Origin: a virus
Reading direction: 5' to 3' (one strand)
DNA: 64,000 nt
Virus record (IMG/VR): IMGVR_UViG_3300003321_000691
Coordinates: 32,001 to 96,000 of that record
Below the pieces are notes generated by a model that saw nothing but the letters and a program-made list of their open reading frames with translations, was not told the origin of the DNA and made no database searches. Made by a program: the position numbers and the translations under genes. This document shows positions 19,887 to 29,931 of the stretch, piece after piece. Every line of letters begins with the position of its first letter. Positions within the stretch are counted from its first letter, which is position 1.

Positions 19887-20261
19887 CTACGGAATCGGTC
19901 GTCCGGTCTGTTCGATGTAGGCCAGGCGCGCCAGCCACTCCGACGTTGGCAACCACTTCATGACGACGCGCGACCCGAGGTCATCGAAGCCGGCGTCCAG
20001 CCCCGCGCCTGACGTGTCATAGAGGCCGAGCACGCCGTTCGTGAACGGCTTCTGGCGCGCAGTACGCCCCAGGTACGCCCCAAGAACGATCTTTACCCCG
20101 GCGATGATCGTGTTCTCGTCACCGTCGAGCATGTCGAAGTACCAGGCCGCATCCCGGTCGTTCCAGTACACGTGCATGAAGTAGTGGTCGCCCGCGATCG
20201 TGACGCCCATGATGTAGTCGGCGATCGACGGTTGCAGCGGGATGGTGTGTACGTTGTCCAT
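19887..20261 (-). CDS. small baseplate protein
   Basis: WN.RD..WYFD...G.KIV.G; position. Confidence 0.65.
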   Translation of the reverse strand: MDNVHTIPLQPSIADYIMGVTIAGDHYFMHVYWNDRDAAWYFDMLDGDENTIIAGVKIVLGAYLGRTARQKPFTNGVLGLYDTSGAGLDAGFDDLGSRVVMKWLPTSEWLARLAYIEQTGRPIP

Positions 20262-20264
20262 GGG

Positions 20265-21161
20265 TTAGTGGAAGATGCTGGTGAGGAGGTTGGTAGTCTG
20301 CTGAGCAGCGCGGAGGCCGATGCCGCCAGCGCTCTGGTCCTGAGCAAGCTTCTCCTGGAACTGCTGCTGGGCCGCGACGTTCGGGTCGAACTTCACATTG
20401 TACGGGATGTACGTGCGCTCACCTTTATCGTCGACGTTCACGAAGCCGTCCGGCACCGGCGTATGAGGCGCGTCCGCCAGGAAGCGGTAGTATCCGCCGC
20501 TGTGGAGTGCCGGACCAGGGGGTCCGGCAATCAGCAGTGCGAAACTGCCATTCTTGATGCGCGGGTCGTTCTCCTTGACCGAAAAGACCTTGTAGAAGCC
20601 AGGATCAAGCACAGCAAGGCGCTCGCCCAGGTGCTTGGTGCCCTCGCCTCCCGGGGTCGCGACGCGGACCGTTGTGCGGTTGTTGGTGACGAAGATGAAC
20701 TGCGTGAACTCGATCTTGAAGCGCAGCTGGTGAGGCTCTCCCGACTCGCGCGGGATGGACAGGTCGGACATGACCATGTCCTCGAACACGTCGAGCGACG
20801 TGCTCACGACGAGGGGCTCGCCGTCCTGCCGCATCTTCAGGAGCTTCTGGTAGATGACCCCCGACGGGATGGAGCCGTCCCGACGTGTGGTGTGGCCAGC
20901 CACCGCCCCGATCGGCGTATCGGAGACGATGCATTCCAGGCTGATCTTCATCGGCTTGGCGCGGACATGATCGGCGATGTCGGCCCCCTTCTCGACCGGA
21001 TACGACGTCACCTCCAGCGGGAACGTGTGGGTCTCGCCGGTCGTGATGTCGATTGGATAGCCGTCGATGAGGACGGTCTGCGCCTCCAGCTTCGAGACAG
21101 AGATCGTCGCCGGCCGAGCCGACGAGTCGCGCAGGTCTTCGAGTACAGATACGACCGACAT
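20265..21161 (-). CDS. Dit-like tail/baseplate protein
   Basis: E.H...VT.YPVEKGADIADH...P. Confidence 0.7.
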   Translation of the reverse strand: MSVVSVLEDLRDSSARPATISVSKLEAQTVLIDGYPIDITTGETHTFPLEVTSYPVEKGADIADHVRAKPMKISLECIVSDTPIGAVAGHTTRRDGSIPSGVIYQKLLKMRQDGEPLVVSTSLDVFEDMVMSDLSIPRESGEPHQLRFKIEFTQFIFVTNNRTTVRVATPGGEGTKHLGERLAVLDPGFYKVFSVKENDPRIKNGSFALLIAGPPGPALHSGGYYRFLADAPHTPVPDGFVNVDDKGERTYIPYNVKFDPNVAAQQQFQEKLAQDQSAGGIGLRAAQQTTNLLTSIFH

Positions 21162-22817
21162 TTAGTCTCCCTTCCGCAGCGCCTCGTGGGCGTCGCGGAG
21201 CTGGTTCTTGTGGTGCTCGTCCATCGCACCCGTGAGTTCCTCTTTCGACATCCCGCGGGCGTCGATCTTGACGTCATTGTGGATGGTGATCTGTTGGCGC
21301 AGCTCGTCCTTGAGCGAGCTAAGATCGGTCGGCTCCGCGTTCGCTTGGGCGGCACGTCGTTCGCGGGCTGCTTTCCAGTACGCCAAAGATCCCGAGAACT
21401 GGTCCGGGTCTAGAGCATCGGGGTCGAACTTCGCTTTCGTGGCCGCACGCGCCGTGATGGTCGCATCCGCGTCGGCCGACTTTTGCGCCTCGGCGAGGGT
21501 CTTGAAGCCGCCAGTCTCGACACGAAGGCCGAGAATTTTCTCGATGGCGCGGGTGAGCTGGATGAGCTGCTTGATGACCGGCAGGTCCGCGATCTCGTCG
21601 AAGATGCGCTCGAACTTGTCTCGCAGCTCGGTGAACAACGCGATGACGATGCCGAGGATCGGGATCAAGGGCCCGATTGGACCGAGGATATCGGTCCACA
21701 TACCCTTGGCCGCCTTCCCGGTCAGCTTCATGATGATCATCCATAGACCGAGGGCGACCAGAAGCACCGTTGTGACGACCTTGATGGCCTTCCCACCGTG
21801 CGCAAAGATCTCCCAAAGCACCTGGATGATGGCGATAATGGCTGTGGCCTTGCCCATGAATCCGCCAAAGCCTTCATGCCACCGCGTCTTCAGCTTCTCG
21901 AACGCTGGGATGAGCGTGTAGGTAATGGCTGCCGCGATGGCGCCAAACAGCGTGATCATGAGGCTCTCGTGCTGTTTGAGGAACGCGACCACGTCGCCCA
22001 ACGCGTTGACAAACATCGTCAGTGCCGGGATGATGGCGACGACAATGGCGTCCTTGACCGCGCCCCAGCGAGCGTTGAGGCGCTTCATGGCGCGTTCGTG
22101 TTGTTCGAGCTTCTCGACGTCTTCCTCGCCCATCGTCACGCCGAGTTTCTCCGCCTCCTCGCGAAGGGAGACAATGCCCTCCTTACCTTGGTTCAGGAAC
22201 GGGATTAGCTGCGGGCCGGCACCGCGTCCGAACAGCTGCATCGCGAGCGCGGCCTTCTCGGCCCCGTTCGGCATGTGCTTGAACTTCTCGGCAATCTCTT
22301 CGAGTGCGGCGTCCAGGCCACCGCCTTCGCCGCCGTGCTTGACCGTCTTGCGCAGCTCGTCGGACGAGATCCCGAGCTTGGACAACGCGCTGGAGAACCC
22401 CTTGGCGTGCAGACCTCCGCCTTGGAGGTTGAACGACAGGCGTTGGAGACCAGAGGTCAGCGCCGCCTGCGAAGACCCCGAGACGTCGGCCGCGTAGCCA
22501 AGCGCCTGTACGGCCTCGGTCGTGATGCCGAGGCGCTCGCCCAGGTGCTTGGCCGCGATCGTCGCCTCCATCGTGTGCTCAATCATCTCCTTGATTGATT
22601 TCACGCCCTCGATGCCCGCGAAGGCCTCTAGGCCTTCTTGCAGCTCCTTGGCGAGACCGCCCTCGCCCTCCTCGCCGCCCTCGCCCTTGTGCTTCTTATG
22701 GGCTTCACCGAGAGCCTCGATGTTCTTGCGAGTCTTCTCGATGACCTCGTTGGCGCGGTTCCACTGCTCCTCGTCGACGTTGAGGCCGATGGTTGCGATT
22801 AGCTCTACGATGTCCAT
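21162..22817 (-). CDS. tape measure protein
   Basis: helical, ALAMQLFGR.G.QLIPFLN motif, hydrophobic stretches; after tail chaperone. Confidence 0.8.
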   Translation of the reverse strand: MDIVELIATIGLNVDEEQWNRANEVIEKTRKNIEALGEAHKKHKGEGGEEGEGGLAKELQEGLEAFAGIEGVKSIKEMIEHTMEATIAAKHLGERLGITTEAVQALGYAADVSGSSQAALTSGLQRLSFNLQGGGLHAKGFSSALSKLGISSDELRKTVKHGGEGGGLDAALEEIAEKFKHMPNGAEKAALAMQLFGRGAGPQLIPFLNQGKEGIVSLREEAEKLGVTMGEEDVEKLEQHERAMKRLNARWGAVKDAIVVAIIPALTMFVNALGDVVAFLKQHESLMITLFGAIAAAITYTLIPAFEKLKTRWHEGFGGFMGKATAIIAIIQVLWEIFAHGGKAIKVVTTVLLVALGLWMIIMKLTGKAAKGMWTDILGPIGPLIPILGIVIALFTELRDKFERIFDEIADLPVIKQLIQLTRAIEKILGLRVETGGFKTLAEAQKSADADATITARAATKAKFDPDALDPDQFSGSLAYWKAARERRAAQANAEPTDLSSLKDELRQQITIHNDVKIDARGMSKEELTGAMDEHHKNQLRDAHEALRKGD

Positions 22818-22820
22818 GGC

Positions 22821-23111
22821 TTAGTCGTCCCTACGCTGCCGCGTGTGGAGGCGCTCCTCAGCGTCACTCCACTCTTGAACGGCCTCGCACATGTCGAGCA
22901 CGTCGTCGATCGAGCGCCCGGTGGCCGGCCACACGGGACCATCCACTTCATCCATGCGGATGCGCTTATCGAGCCACAGGCGGTAGCACGGCCACGCCGC
23001 CTCGATCTCCGGCCTTAGCTGGAGTGGCTCGCCGGCTGGACGCTTGCGGGCGCGTCGGGGGCGTCCGGTGGGCCGTTTGGCACCACCGCTTGGCTGAATC
23101 CGCGAAAAAAA
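22821..23111 (-). CDS. -1 frameshift extension of tail assembly chaperone (GT product)
   Basis: slippery T TTT TTT at 23111-23105; -1 frame open to TAA 3 nt before the TMP ATG. Confidence 0.75.
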   Translation of the reverse strand, partial: FFSRIQPSGGAKRPTGRPRRARKRPAGEPLQLRPEIEAAWPCYRLWLDKRIRMDEVDGPVWPATGRSIDDVLDMCEAVQEWSDAEERLHTRQRRDD

Positions 23112-23494
23112 TCGCGGAAGTTCACCTCCACGGCGAACGCCATGAGCTTGAACAGGAGCATGAGGTCTCCTGCGCAGACACCGTTGATCTGGTCGACGCT
23201 CTGTAGTGGGACGGCGCGGCCGTGCGAGACGACCAGGGTACCTTCCAGCACCTGAGAGGCCAGCGATTCGATCTCGTCGGGGTCCAGCGTCTCGGACAGA
23301 CGCATCAGGGCCGGCACTAGCGAGGCGACGTCGGACTTGAGCTTGATGCCCTTGAGCGAGCCCAGGGCTGGGCCCATGAGCTTGCCCAGACGAGCCAGCA
23401 AACGGAAGCTACGGAGGGCTGGAAGCTGAGTGGTCTTGACGAGCACCGAGCTGCCATCTTCTCCAGTGAACGTGCGTTCCTCGGTCTTCTGCAC
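23015..23494 (-). CDS. tail assembly chaperone
   Basis: between tube and TMP; VEVNFRDFF at slippery site. Confidence 0.75.
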   Translation of the reverse strand: MQKTEERTFTGEDGSSVLVKTTQLPALRSFRLLARLGKLMGPALGSLKGIKLKSDVASLVPALMRLSETLDPDEIESLASQVLEGTLVVSHGRAVPLQSVDQINGVCAGDLMLLFKLMAFAVEVNFRDFFRGFSQAVVPNGPPDAPDAPASVQPASHSS

Positions 23495-23497
23495 GAC

Positions 23498-23944
23498 CTA
23501 TTCTCCGAAGCCGTCGCCGAGGTCCATGTCGATGGCCTCGCAGTCGAGCGTCCACTCACGTGCCGGGAGGTCCTTGCCGTAGGACGCATTGGCGACCTTC
23601 TGGATCCACGCGTTGGTGGCGTGGAGGCGCGTCAGGTCCGAGAGGCTCTTGACCATGCACGGCATGACGTCAGCGGTCGTCAGCGTCTCGGCCTCACCCA
23701 GCGAGTGGATGCCCGAGAGGATGGCGTTGGACGGCGACGTGACCATCAAGGTGAACTTGATGGAGCCGGCGCGGTTACGGTTCTTGACGCGAGCCACGCC
23801 GCCCGTCGCGCCGACCTTCTTGGTGAAGGCGGCCTCGTCGCGCTGAGCTTCGATGAACGTACCGTCCATGAAGCCCGAGATGACGTAGGGGCCGAACGTC
23901 AGGATGACGCCAAGTGGGTCGTACTGGCTGAAGGGGACTGCCAC
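23498..23944 (-). CDS. tail tube protein (DUF3277-like)
   Basis: YDP..V...GF.DG..I...VGA.G...N..G.I.FTL..TSPSN. Confidence 0.8.
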   Translation of the reverse strand: MAVPFSQYDPLGVILTFGPYVISGFMDGTFIEAQRDEAAFTKKVGATGGVARVKNRNRAGSIKFTLMVTSPSNAILSGIHSLGEAETLTTADVMPCMVKSLSDLTRLHATNAWIQKVANASYGKDLPAREWTLDCEAIDMDLGDGFGE

Positions 23945-23953
23945 GGGGATTCC

Positions 23954-25573
23954 TTACAGGGAGACGGTGCCCTGGACGTTGGTCTTGTGGATGGCGCCCG
24001 ACCGGGTCGCGTTCCACTTGACGTTGTTGAGGGTGCGGGTCGCCTTGTCCGTGCTCGCGACGTTCGCGACCAGCGGCACGGTGATCGTTGGCGCCGGCTT
24101 GGCCGCGTAGATCTTGCGCCGCACGGCCTCCTTGAGAGTGGCGATGACCGCCGCCTCGATGCGTGCGATGCCGGAGTCTTCGTATTCGACCTTGTCGCCA
24201 CCAGCCTCGACGTTGAACACGCGAACCTGCATGTCGTTGGCCACCCAGTCGTCACCGACGATGGCGTCCATGAACTCGCCATCCGCGCACGTACCCTCGA
24301 AGGTGATCGAGAGGCCGGCCACCAGCTGGATGCTGTTGCCCTGGCGAGCGCGGAGGTTGGTCTTCTGCGTGGTCGTGAATGTCACCGACGAGACGCCGGC
24401 CAGCGGCTTGAACTTCCAAGTAGCCGAGCCTGGGTCCTTCGGGAGCATCTTGCCGAGCCACGCCGGGCCGGCCATCTGCGCCGGAATCGGGTGGTAGATC
24501 GCCATCGTGCGCGTGTACGCGAGGGTGTGAAGCGCGTCGATCGTGTCCGCCGAGCCGCCGGTGCCACCCGTGACGGTGAGCGCCGCGGTCTCGCAGACCT
24601 GCGGGATGTAGATCTTGCGGCCGGCGCCCTCCGTCCAGGCAGCCGCAGCCGTGACGACAGCCTGGCTGTTGAAGATCGTCGAGAGGGCGTACCAGTCCGT
24701 GGTCGAGGCCAGAGCGATGGCGTTGAGGTCCGCCGTGACGCCCGGGTCGGCGTGCGTCTGCTTGTTCGAGAGCAACGCCGGGTCATTCACGGCGAGCGAG
24801 AACCAGTTGCCGGCGGCAAGGCCGGTCACGGTCATGGTCAGGCTGCCGGCCGAGCCTGTGGTGGCCGCGGTGTAGTTCGCGCCGGTGACTGCGTTGAGCT
24901 GGGCGACGAGCTGCTGGATGACGACGTCCTGGTTGGTCGCACCGCGGAGCAGAGTCTGCGTGCCCGAGCCCGTGGTCGTGATGTCGATCGCCGTCGGGAC
25001 CAGAGCGTTCGCCTTGGAGGTCGCGAGCTTGATGGTGTTCGCGTCGACGACGATGACCCAATACGGGGTGTTGGCCGTCAGCGGCGCCGGCAAGCCGCCG
25101 CCGGAGTTGGAGATGTAGTAGGGGCCGTCGCCCGAGGCCATGCCGTGGGCCGTGGCGACGATAGTGTCAGCGGCCGGGGTCACGGTACCGAGCGTGACGT
25201 CCGCCAGCGTCGTGAAGCTCGCCGTCGACGAGGTCACGCCACGACCAGCGACCGAGATCGCGTAGGTGGTGCCGGCAGCGCCGAACGTGTTCAGACCGAT
25301 CGCGTACGCCTGGGTCGGCTTGTTCACGCCGCGGCCAATAGCCACCTGCACCGGGCGAGGGGTTTGCGAGAACGCAGCGTTGGCCGCGAGGTACTCCGGC
25401 GAGTCGGTGGCGAAGCCGTCCGACACCATGCCAGGGAGGTCGCTGTAGTAGCGAATGCGATCCGGCCAGGTCGCGCTGTAGCCCAGAATCATCTGGGTAC
25501 CGAACCCGATCTGGGAGATACCTACCTGATCCCGGGTGATTGAGATGGTTACGTAGTCGTCCAGGGTCGCCAT
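23954..25573 (-). CDS. tail sheath protein (DUF3383-like) with inserted surface domain
   Basis: SPEYLAANAAFSQTPRP, PGSATWKFK.LAGV, GEFMD..GDDW, GAIH. Confidence 0.85.
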   Translation of the reverse strand: MATLDDYVTISITRDQVGISQIGFGTQMILGYSATWPDRIRYYSDLPGMVSDGFATDSPEYLAANAAFSQTPRPVQVAIGRGVNKPTQAYAIGLNTFGAAGTTYAISVAGRGVTSSTASFTTLADVTLGTVTPAADTIVATAHGMASGDGPYYISNSGGGLPAPLTANTPYWVIVVDANTIKLATSKANALVPTAIDITTTGSGTQTLLRGATNQDVVIQQLVAQLNAVTGANYTAATTGSAGSLTMTVTGLAAGNWFSLAVNDPALLSNKQTHADPGVTADLNAIALASTTDWYALSTIFNSQAVVTAAAAWTEGAGRKIYIPQVCETAALTVTGGTGGSADTIDALHTLAYTRTMAIYHPIPAQMAGPAWLGKMLPKDPGSATWKFKPLAGVSSVTFTTTQKTNLRARQGNSIQLVAGLSITFEGTCADGEFMDAIVGDDWVANDMQVRVFNVEAGGDKVEYEDSGIARIEAAVIATLKEAVRRKIYAAKPAPTITVPLVANVASTDKATRTLNNVKWNATRSGAIHKTNVQGTVSL

Positions 25574-25618
25574 GGGGTACTCCGAGAGCTTGGCATGATT
25601 ATTGCACTAGTCGAGGGT

Positions 25619-26464
25619 TCAAGGGAGAACCCAGGTTACGGGCGTTTCCACCACGCCATCGACGGTGGGGGTCGCCACCACCCGCTCGATGTAGGTGTCC
25701 GGATCCTGGACCTCGCTCTTGAGCGACAAGGTCAGCGTGAGCGTCGCCCTGGGCTCCAGGACGGTTGCGTTGATGGTGCCGTCCGTCGAGCTGACGCCGC
25801 TGGTCTGCATCACGCCTACGCCCGCCGCCCGGAGGAGGGCTGCGCGGCGCGGAAGCGCGCTCACAACCGCGTCGAGTAGTGCGGTGGGAGACGCAGAGCC
25901 CTCGGCGTTGCCGCCGTAGCACTGGACCGAAACCGTGACGCGACGCATGCCGCGGGAGAGTGCACTCAGCTCGGCGCCCGCCTTGCGCGTCGCCACTACT
26001 GCCACTACCTGGATGGTGCCCGAGCCGGCCGAGGTGATATCGACCGTGATCGGAACCCAGGCGTTCTGGAACGTCGACGCGAGCTTGAAGTGATCGGCGT
26101 CGACTGGGACGATCCAGTAGTTCGTCAGCGCAGCAAGTCCGGCCGGGACAGCGCCGGACGAAGTCACTTGGATAGGGCCGTCGCCCTGTGCGAGACCGTG
26201 CCCAACGCAAGTGAGCGTGTCTGCTGTGGTATCTACGGCCGTAACGGTCTTCGCGGCGAATGTCAGAGGCGCATCCGTGTAGTCGGTCCAGTCGATGCCC
26301 TGGCGGAGGATCGTCATGACACGCATGCCAACGAAGGGCGTCGGCGGGCGTTGGTCGCCCTGGAGATTCCAGATGACCGACGAGCCAACAATGCCGGTCG
26401 CGTCGGAAATACAGTCGTGGATGGCGTCCTCCACCGTCGACCATGGGATGCCCGGGCCGCTCAT
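25619..26464 (-). CDS. neck / tail terminator protein with inserted surface domain
   Basis: position; Q..RP.TPF; shares module with sheath. Confidence 0.6.
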   Translation of the reverse strand: MSGPGIPWSTVEDAIHDCISDATGIVGSSVIWNLQGDQRPPTPFVGMRVMTILRQGIDWTDYTDAPLTFAAKTVTAVDTTADTLTCVGHGLAQGDGPIQVTSSGAVPAGLAALTNYWIVPVDADHFKLASTFQNAWVPITVDITSAGSGTIQVVAVVATRKAGAELSALSRGMRRVTVSVQCYGGNAEGSASPTALLDAVVSALPRRAALLRAAGVGVMQTSGVSSTDGTINATVLEPRATLTLTLSLKSEVQDPDTYIERVVATPTVDGVVETPVTWVLP

Positions 26465-26841
26465 GGGTTGACCTTTCGGGCGATGCGCACGCGCCAGTGG
26501 GAGTCGCCATCGAGTGTCCACTTCTCGACGGAGCGGACTACCCACGGCTCCGCGATCCCGTTATCGTTGGGGATCATGACCTCGTCGGGTGCGGTGTCCA
26601 CGTCGCGCGTAGCGAGCCGAGTCGCGGTGTAGAGCCACTGCTGCTGCTCGCCGCGCTGAGACTCTTCGAGCACCAAGAGATCACGTCCCGAGAGGGGTTC
26701 GACCACAGCCACGATCGAAAACGTCGACGGCGTGCCGGCGAGCTTGCGGCCCTTGTCGTCGTAGCCGGGCGTGGCTGGCTTGATCCGGTTGACCTTGTAG
26801 GTCCCGGTTGCGAATGAGTCGATGACGTCTAGCAGGCCCAT
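26461..26841 (-). CDS. head closure protein
   Basis: V.PLSG.DL..L.E..R; position. Confidence 0.65.
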   Translation of the reverse strand: MGLLDVIDSFATGTYKVNRIKPATPGYDDKGRKLAGTPSTFSIVAVVEPLSGRDLLVLEESQRGEQQQWLYTATRLATRDVDTAPDEVMIPNDNGIAEPWVVRSVEKWTLDGDSHWRVRIARKVNP

Positions 26842-26843
26842 GG

Positions 26844-27380
26844 CTACTCCTCGCCCCCGCTCTCACCTTCGCCCGCGCCCTCGCCAGACTCAGCCGTGGC
26901 GGTCACGCCTTCGACCTTCCAGCTAATCGCGTTCAGGAGCTGCCCTTGGTCGACGAGGGTGACATGGCTGCCCTTGCGTTTGATCGTGCGGCGTCCGGCC
27001 TCAGACTCGGCGAGTCGGGGTACGACTTGCTCAGAAGTGATGGTGTTCTTGATGGCCGTCGAGACGAAGGTGCCGAGTAGGCCGAGAGCCTCGGACAGTT
27101 CGATCTTTGCCTTGAGGTACGAGACCGCGATCCGGCTGGTCTGCTTCTTGATGTCATCTCGGCGCAGCTCGAACGTGCGTCGGATGAAACTGCGCTCCGG
27201 GATGTGCGCAGCTGGCGAGCCGAACTCGTGGATGGCGGCAAGCTCGACCATCGAGATGCCCGATTCGTGCTGCCCCGATGACGCCAGGACGCCGACTTTG
27301 ACCTTCGCGCCCTCGGCCATCGCAGCGCGCACCTTGGCGCGGAGCTGTTTCCAGCCCTTGAGGTTGACGTGCGATGGCAC
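26844..27380 (-). CDS. neck / morphogenesis protein
   Basis: VKVGV, AAIHEFG...IPERSF.R, TIKRKGS..LVD.G.L. Confidence 0.75.
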   Translation of the reverse strand: MPSHVNLKGWKQLRAKVRAAMAEGAKVKVGVLASSGQHESGISMVELAAIHEFGSPAAHIPERSFIRRTFELRRDDIKKQTSRIAVSYLKAKIELSEALGLLGTFVSTAIKNTITSEQVVPRLAESEAGRRTIKRKGSHVTLVDQGQLLNAISWKVEGVTATAESGEGAGEGESGGEE

Positions 27381-27381
27381 G

Positions 27382-27786
27382 CTACCCGTCCCAGCCCGGG
27401 TCCGACGGTCCCAGGCCACCCGCGTTGAGCACGAGGCCCGCACGAGCTGCGGTGGTCTTGGCGAGCCCCATGTAGAGCGTGCCGTACGACGTCAGCACCA
27501 GCGAAGTCTTGTAGCCGAGCATGGGGTTGCTGTACGACCGCGACAGTCCACCCGCCGACTCCGACGCGACCATGCCCACACGGCCTCGCATGCGGCCGAG
27601 GGTCGCGAGATGCGCGGCGTAGTAGATACGTCCGGCACGCAGCTTGGGCGAATCCTCTCCGCCCCACACGTCGACCGCGAGGTGTGAGTTGGCGACCGCG
27701 AGGATGACTTCCTGCGCGATCGGTGTGACCACGTCGCCCGCTAGCTCGGGCGCGACGGCCTGCACGTCTTCCCAGGTGATAGCCAT
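27382..27786 (-). CDS. head-tail adaptor (DUF4054-like)
   Basis: AAHL, V.SES.G.LS.SY, TSYG..Y. Confidence 0.75.
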   Translation of the reverse strand: MAITWEDVQAVAPELAGDVVTPIAQEVILAVANSHLAVDVWGGEDSPKLRAGRIYYAAHLATLGRMRGRVGMVASESAGGLSRSYSNPMLGYKTSLVLTSYGTLYMGLAKTTAARAGLVLNAGGLGPSDPGWDG

Positions 27787-28763
27787 TACGATGCCGCCGG
27801 GGTCGGGGTTAGGATGGCGTTGCCGCCGGCCGAGTCCTGTAGGACTGAGATGACCGCGCCAAGCGATCCGTCGACGGGGACATACGTGTTAGCTGGGATG
27901 TAGGTCGAGCCGTTGCCTTTGGTCGCGACCGTCGACGTGGTGATGCCGCCGTTGTTGGTCGTGATGTCGATCGCCGTGCCAGCCGACGCGTTGGCGTAGG
28001 TGGTCGCGAGTTGGAACGTCGTCGCCGATGTTGCGATGACGAAGTAGGTCGTCGAGGCCGAGAGCCCAGTCGGGAGCGTGCCGTCTACCCAGCCCTGCGT
28101 GAGCAGTGGATTCACGGTGAACGGCGTCGTGACGCGGGCGCGGATGAAGTAGAGCTGCGCCGAGCCGTTGATGCTGGTCGTGGCCCAGTCGGCCGGCGCT
28201 GTGGACACGACGGTGTACGTGCCCGCCGCCGCCTTGAAGCTGTTCGTGTTGTCGGTGACGCCCGAGAGCGCGGTCCAGGCCGACCCATTCCAGTACTCCC
28301 AGACCACTACGCCAACGGTGCCGGCGGTACCGATCTGGAGCTTGAGCGGGCCGTAGGTTGTCGTGTACCCAACAGCGAAGTAGTCGTTGGCGACGCCCGT
28401 CGCGAAGGGTGTCACGTCGTTCGCGGTCGCATTGTTGAGCGCCGTCGTGACGTCGACGATGGCACCGCCCGCCGCGATCTGGAACGCCTTGGATACGGCC
28501 GTGTCGCCGAGCGCAGCCACCTGGAGTGGGAAGCCTGTGGCCAGGCCGTGTGCCAGCGCCGTGGTTAGGGTGTCCGAGGACGCGCTGACTGACTGCACGG
28601 CCGTGTTCGCGCCACCCTGGGCAATCCAACCGTTGGAGGTGAGGACCAGGCTGTACTTCTTCCGCCCCATTTGGGTGTCGGTCTGGTAGCCGGTGACGTT
28701 GCCCGGGGTCGCCGTATAGGCAGCGACGATCGAGCCAGCTGGGTAGAGAGGGTAGAAGGACAT
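27786..28763 (-). CDS. virion structural protein, T/A/G-rich
   Basis: follows MCP; GGAG RBS; WEYWNGSAW domain nested in shared module. Confidence 0.65.
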   Translation of the reverse strand: MSFYPLYPAGSIVAAYTATPGNVTGYQTDTQMGRKKYSLVLTSNGWIAQGGANTAVQSVSASSDTLTTALAHGLATGFPLQVAALGDTAVSKAFQIAAGGAIVDVTTALNNATANDVTPFATGVANDYFAVGYTTTYGPLKLQIGTAGTVGVVVWEYWNGSAWTALSGVTDNTNSFKAAAGTYTVVSTAPADWATTSINGSAQLYFIRARVTTPFTVNPLLTQGWVDGTLPTGLSASTTYFVIATSATTFQLATTYANASAGTAIDITTNNGGITTSTVATKGNGSTYIPANTYVPVDGSLGAVISVLQDSAGGNAILTPTPAAS

Positions 28764-28781
28764 GGTGCTCCTGAAATGACG

Positions 28782-28819
28782 AAGGCCCCGGAGGAACCCC
28801 GATGGGGCCGCCGGGGCCT
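28782..28819 (-). terminator. GC-rich hairpin downstream of MCP
   Basis: AGGCCCCGG...CCGGGGCCT inverted repeat; weak U-tract. Confidence 0.4.
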
Positions 28820-28842
28820 ATATGGGCTAGGTGCCCAAGACG

Positions 28843-29910
28843 TTAGTCGGTCGAGTCGGTAATGCCGTCGCCGTACGAGATGCTCGCCGGGTGCATCGCG
28901 ACAACGCCGCCGGTGCGCATGTGGCAGAGAGTCTTGTACTCCCAGCCCGACTGCTGCGGAGGCAGCTGCTCGAACTCGACCGGGAGGAGGCACACGAGGC
29001 GCTCCGGGCTCTTGTCGTAGCAGACCATGCGGCCCGTCGAACCCGACCAGTTACCCGACTGGCTCTGGTCCAGGCGGTACGTCGGACGCACTTCCTGGAT
29101 GAACGGGTTGGTGTCCTCGAAGAAGGACAGGATGGTCTGGTTCGAGCCATCACCCATGCGGCGCGTCGCGGCAATTTGGTACGCCTTGAGCGGGAGGAGC
29201 AGGGTGGTCGGCTGGTAGACGCCGAAGCTCGACGTCACGACGTTGTTGACGAAGTTGTGCATGTCGAGCACGATTTCGTCCGCCGTCTTGTCGCGCCAGA
29301 GCTTGGTGCCCTTCGCGCCGTTGGCGACCGTGAACGAGGTCGTGTTCGAGAGGGTGGTGAGACCCTTGAGGCCGCCGGCCGTATCACCGTAGAAGATGAT
29401 CTGGTCGATCTTCAGCTCCATCGCGTAGCGCGCGGCCATCGCCTTGCGTACGTCCAGGGGCAGCTGGGCCATCATGCCGGCGCGCAGCTCCTGGAAGTTG
29501 TAGCCGTACATGACGCCGTACGGCTTGATGAGCTGCGTGCTCTCGGCACCCTTCACGTCAGCGCGGGGCGGGTCCTGCGCGTAGTCGTCGACCAGGGCGG
29601 CAGCGCCGACCTTATCGAACGAACGGTAGGTCCAGAGGCTCGCGCCAGGGCCCATCGACGAGTCGATTGGCACGAGCGACTTGCCTTCGAGGCGGGGGTA
29701 CAGGACTTCCAGGAGGCCTGGACGGATGTACTCCAGCTGGCGTGCAAACCAGATGGACTCCGAGGCGTCACGGTGGGAGATGCCCTGGAGCAGCCACTGC
29801 TGCTTCGCGTTGCAGCCGTCGAAGCGAGCGTCGCGCGGGACGAACGTCTGCGAGGCCGAGAGCATCTTGCTGTGACGCTCTGGAGAGAACTGGGTGTGCG
29901 TGAAGGCCAT
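28843..29910 (-). CDS. major capsid protein (DUF2184-like)
   Basis: FARQLEYI, Y..QELRA, FYGD...GL, P.TLLLP, RTGGV...P...Y.DGI. Confidence 0.9.
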   Translation of the reverse strand: MAFTHTQFSPERHSKMLSASQTFVPRDARFDGCNAKQQWLLQGISHRDASESIWFARQLEYIRPGLLEVLYPRLEGKSLVPIDSSMGPGASLWTYRSFDKVGAAALVDDYAQDPPRADVKGAESTQLIKPYGVMYGYNFQELRAGMMAQLPLDVRKAMAARYAMELKIDQIIFYGDTAGGLKGLTTLSNTTSFTVANGAKGTKLWRDKTADEIVLDMHNFVNNVVTSSFGVYQPTTLLLPLKAYQIAATRRMGDGSNQTILSFFEDTNPFIQEVRPTYRLDQSQSGNWSGSTGRMVCYDKSPERLVCLLPVEFEQLPPQQSGWEYKTLCHMRTGGVVAMHPASISYGDGITDSTD

Positions 29911-29931
29911 GATGGTTTTTCCGTACGTGCG

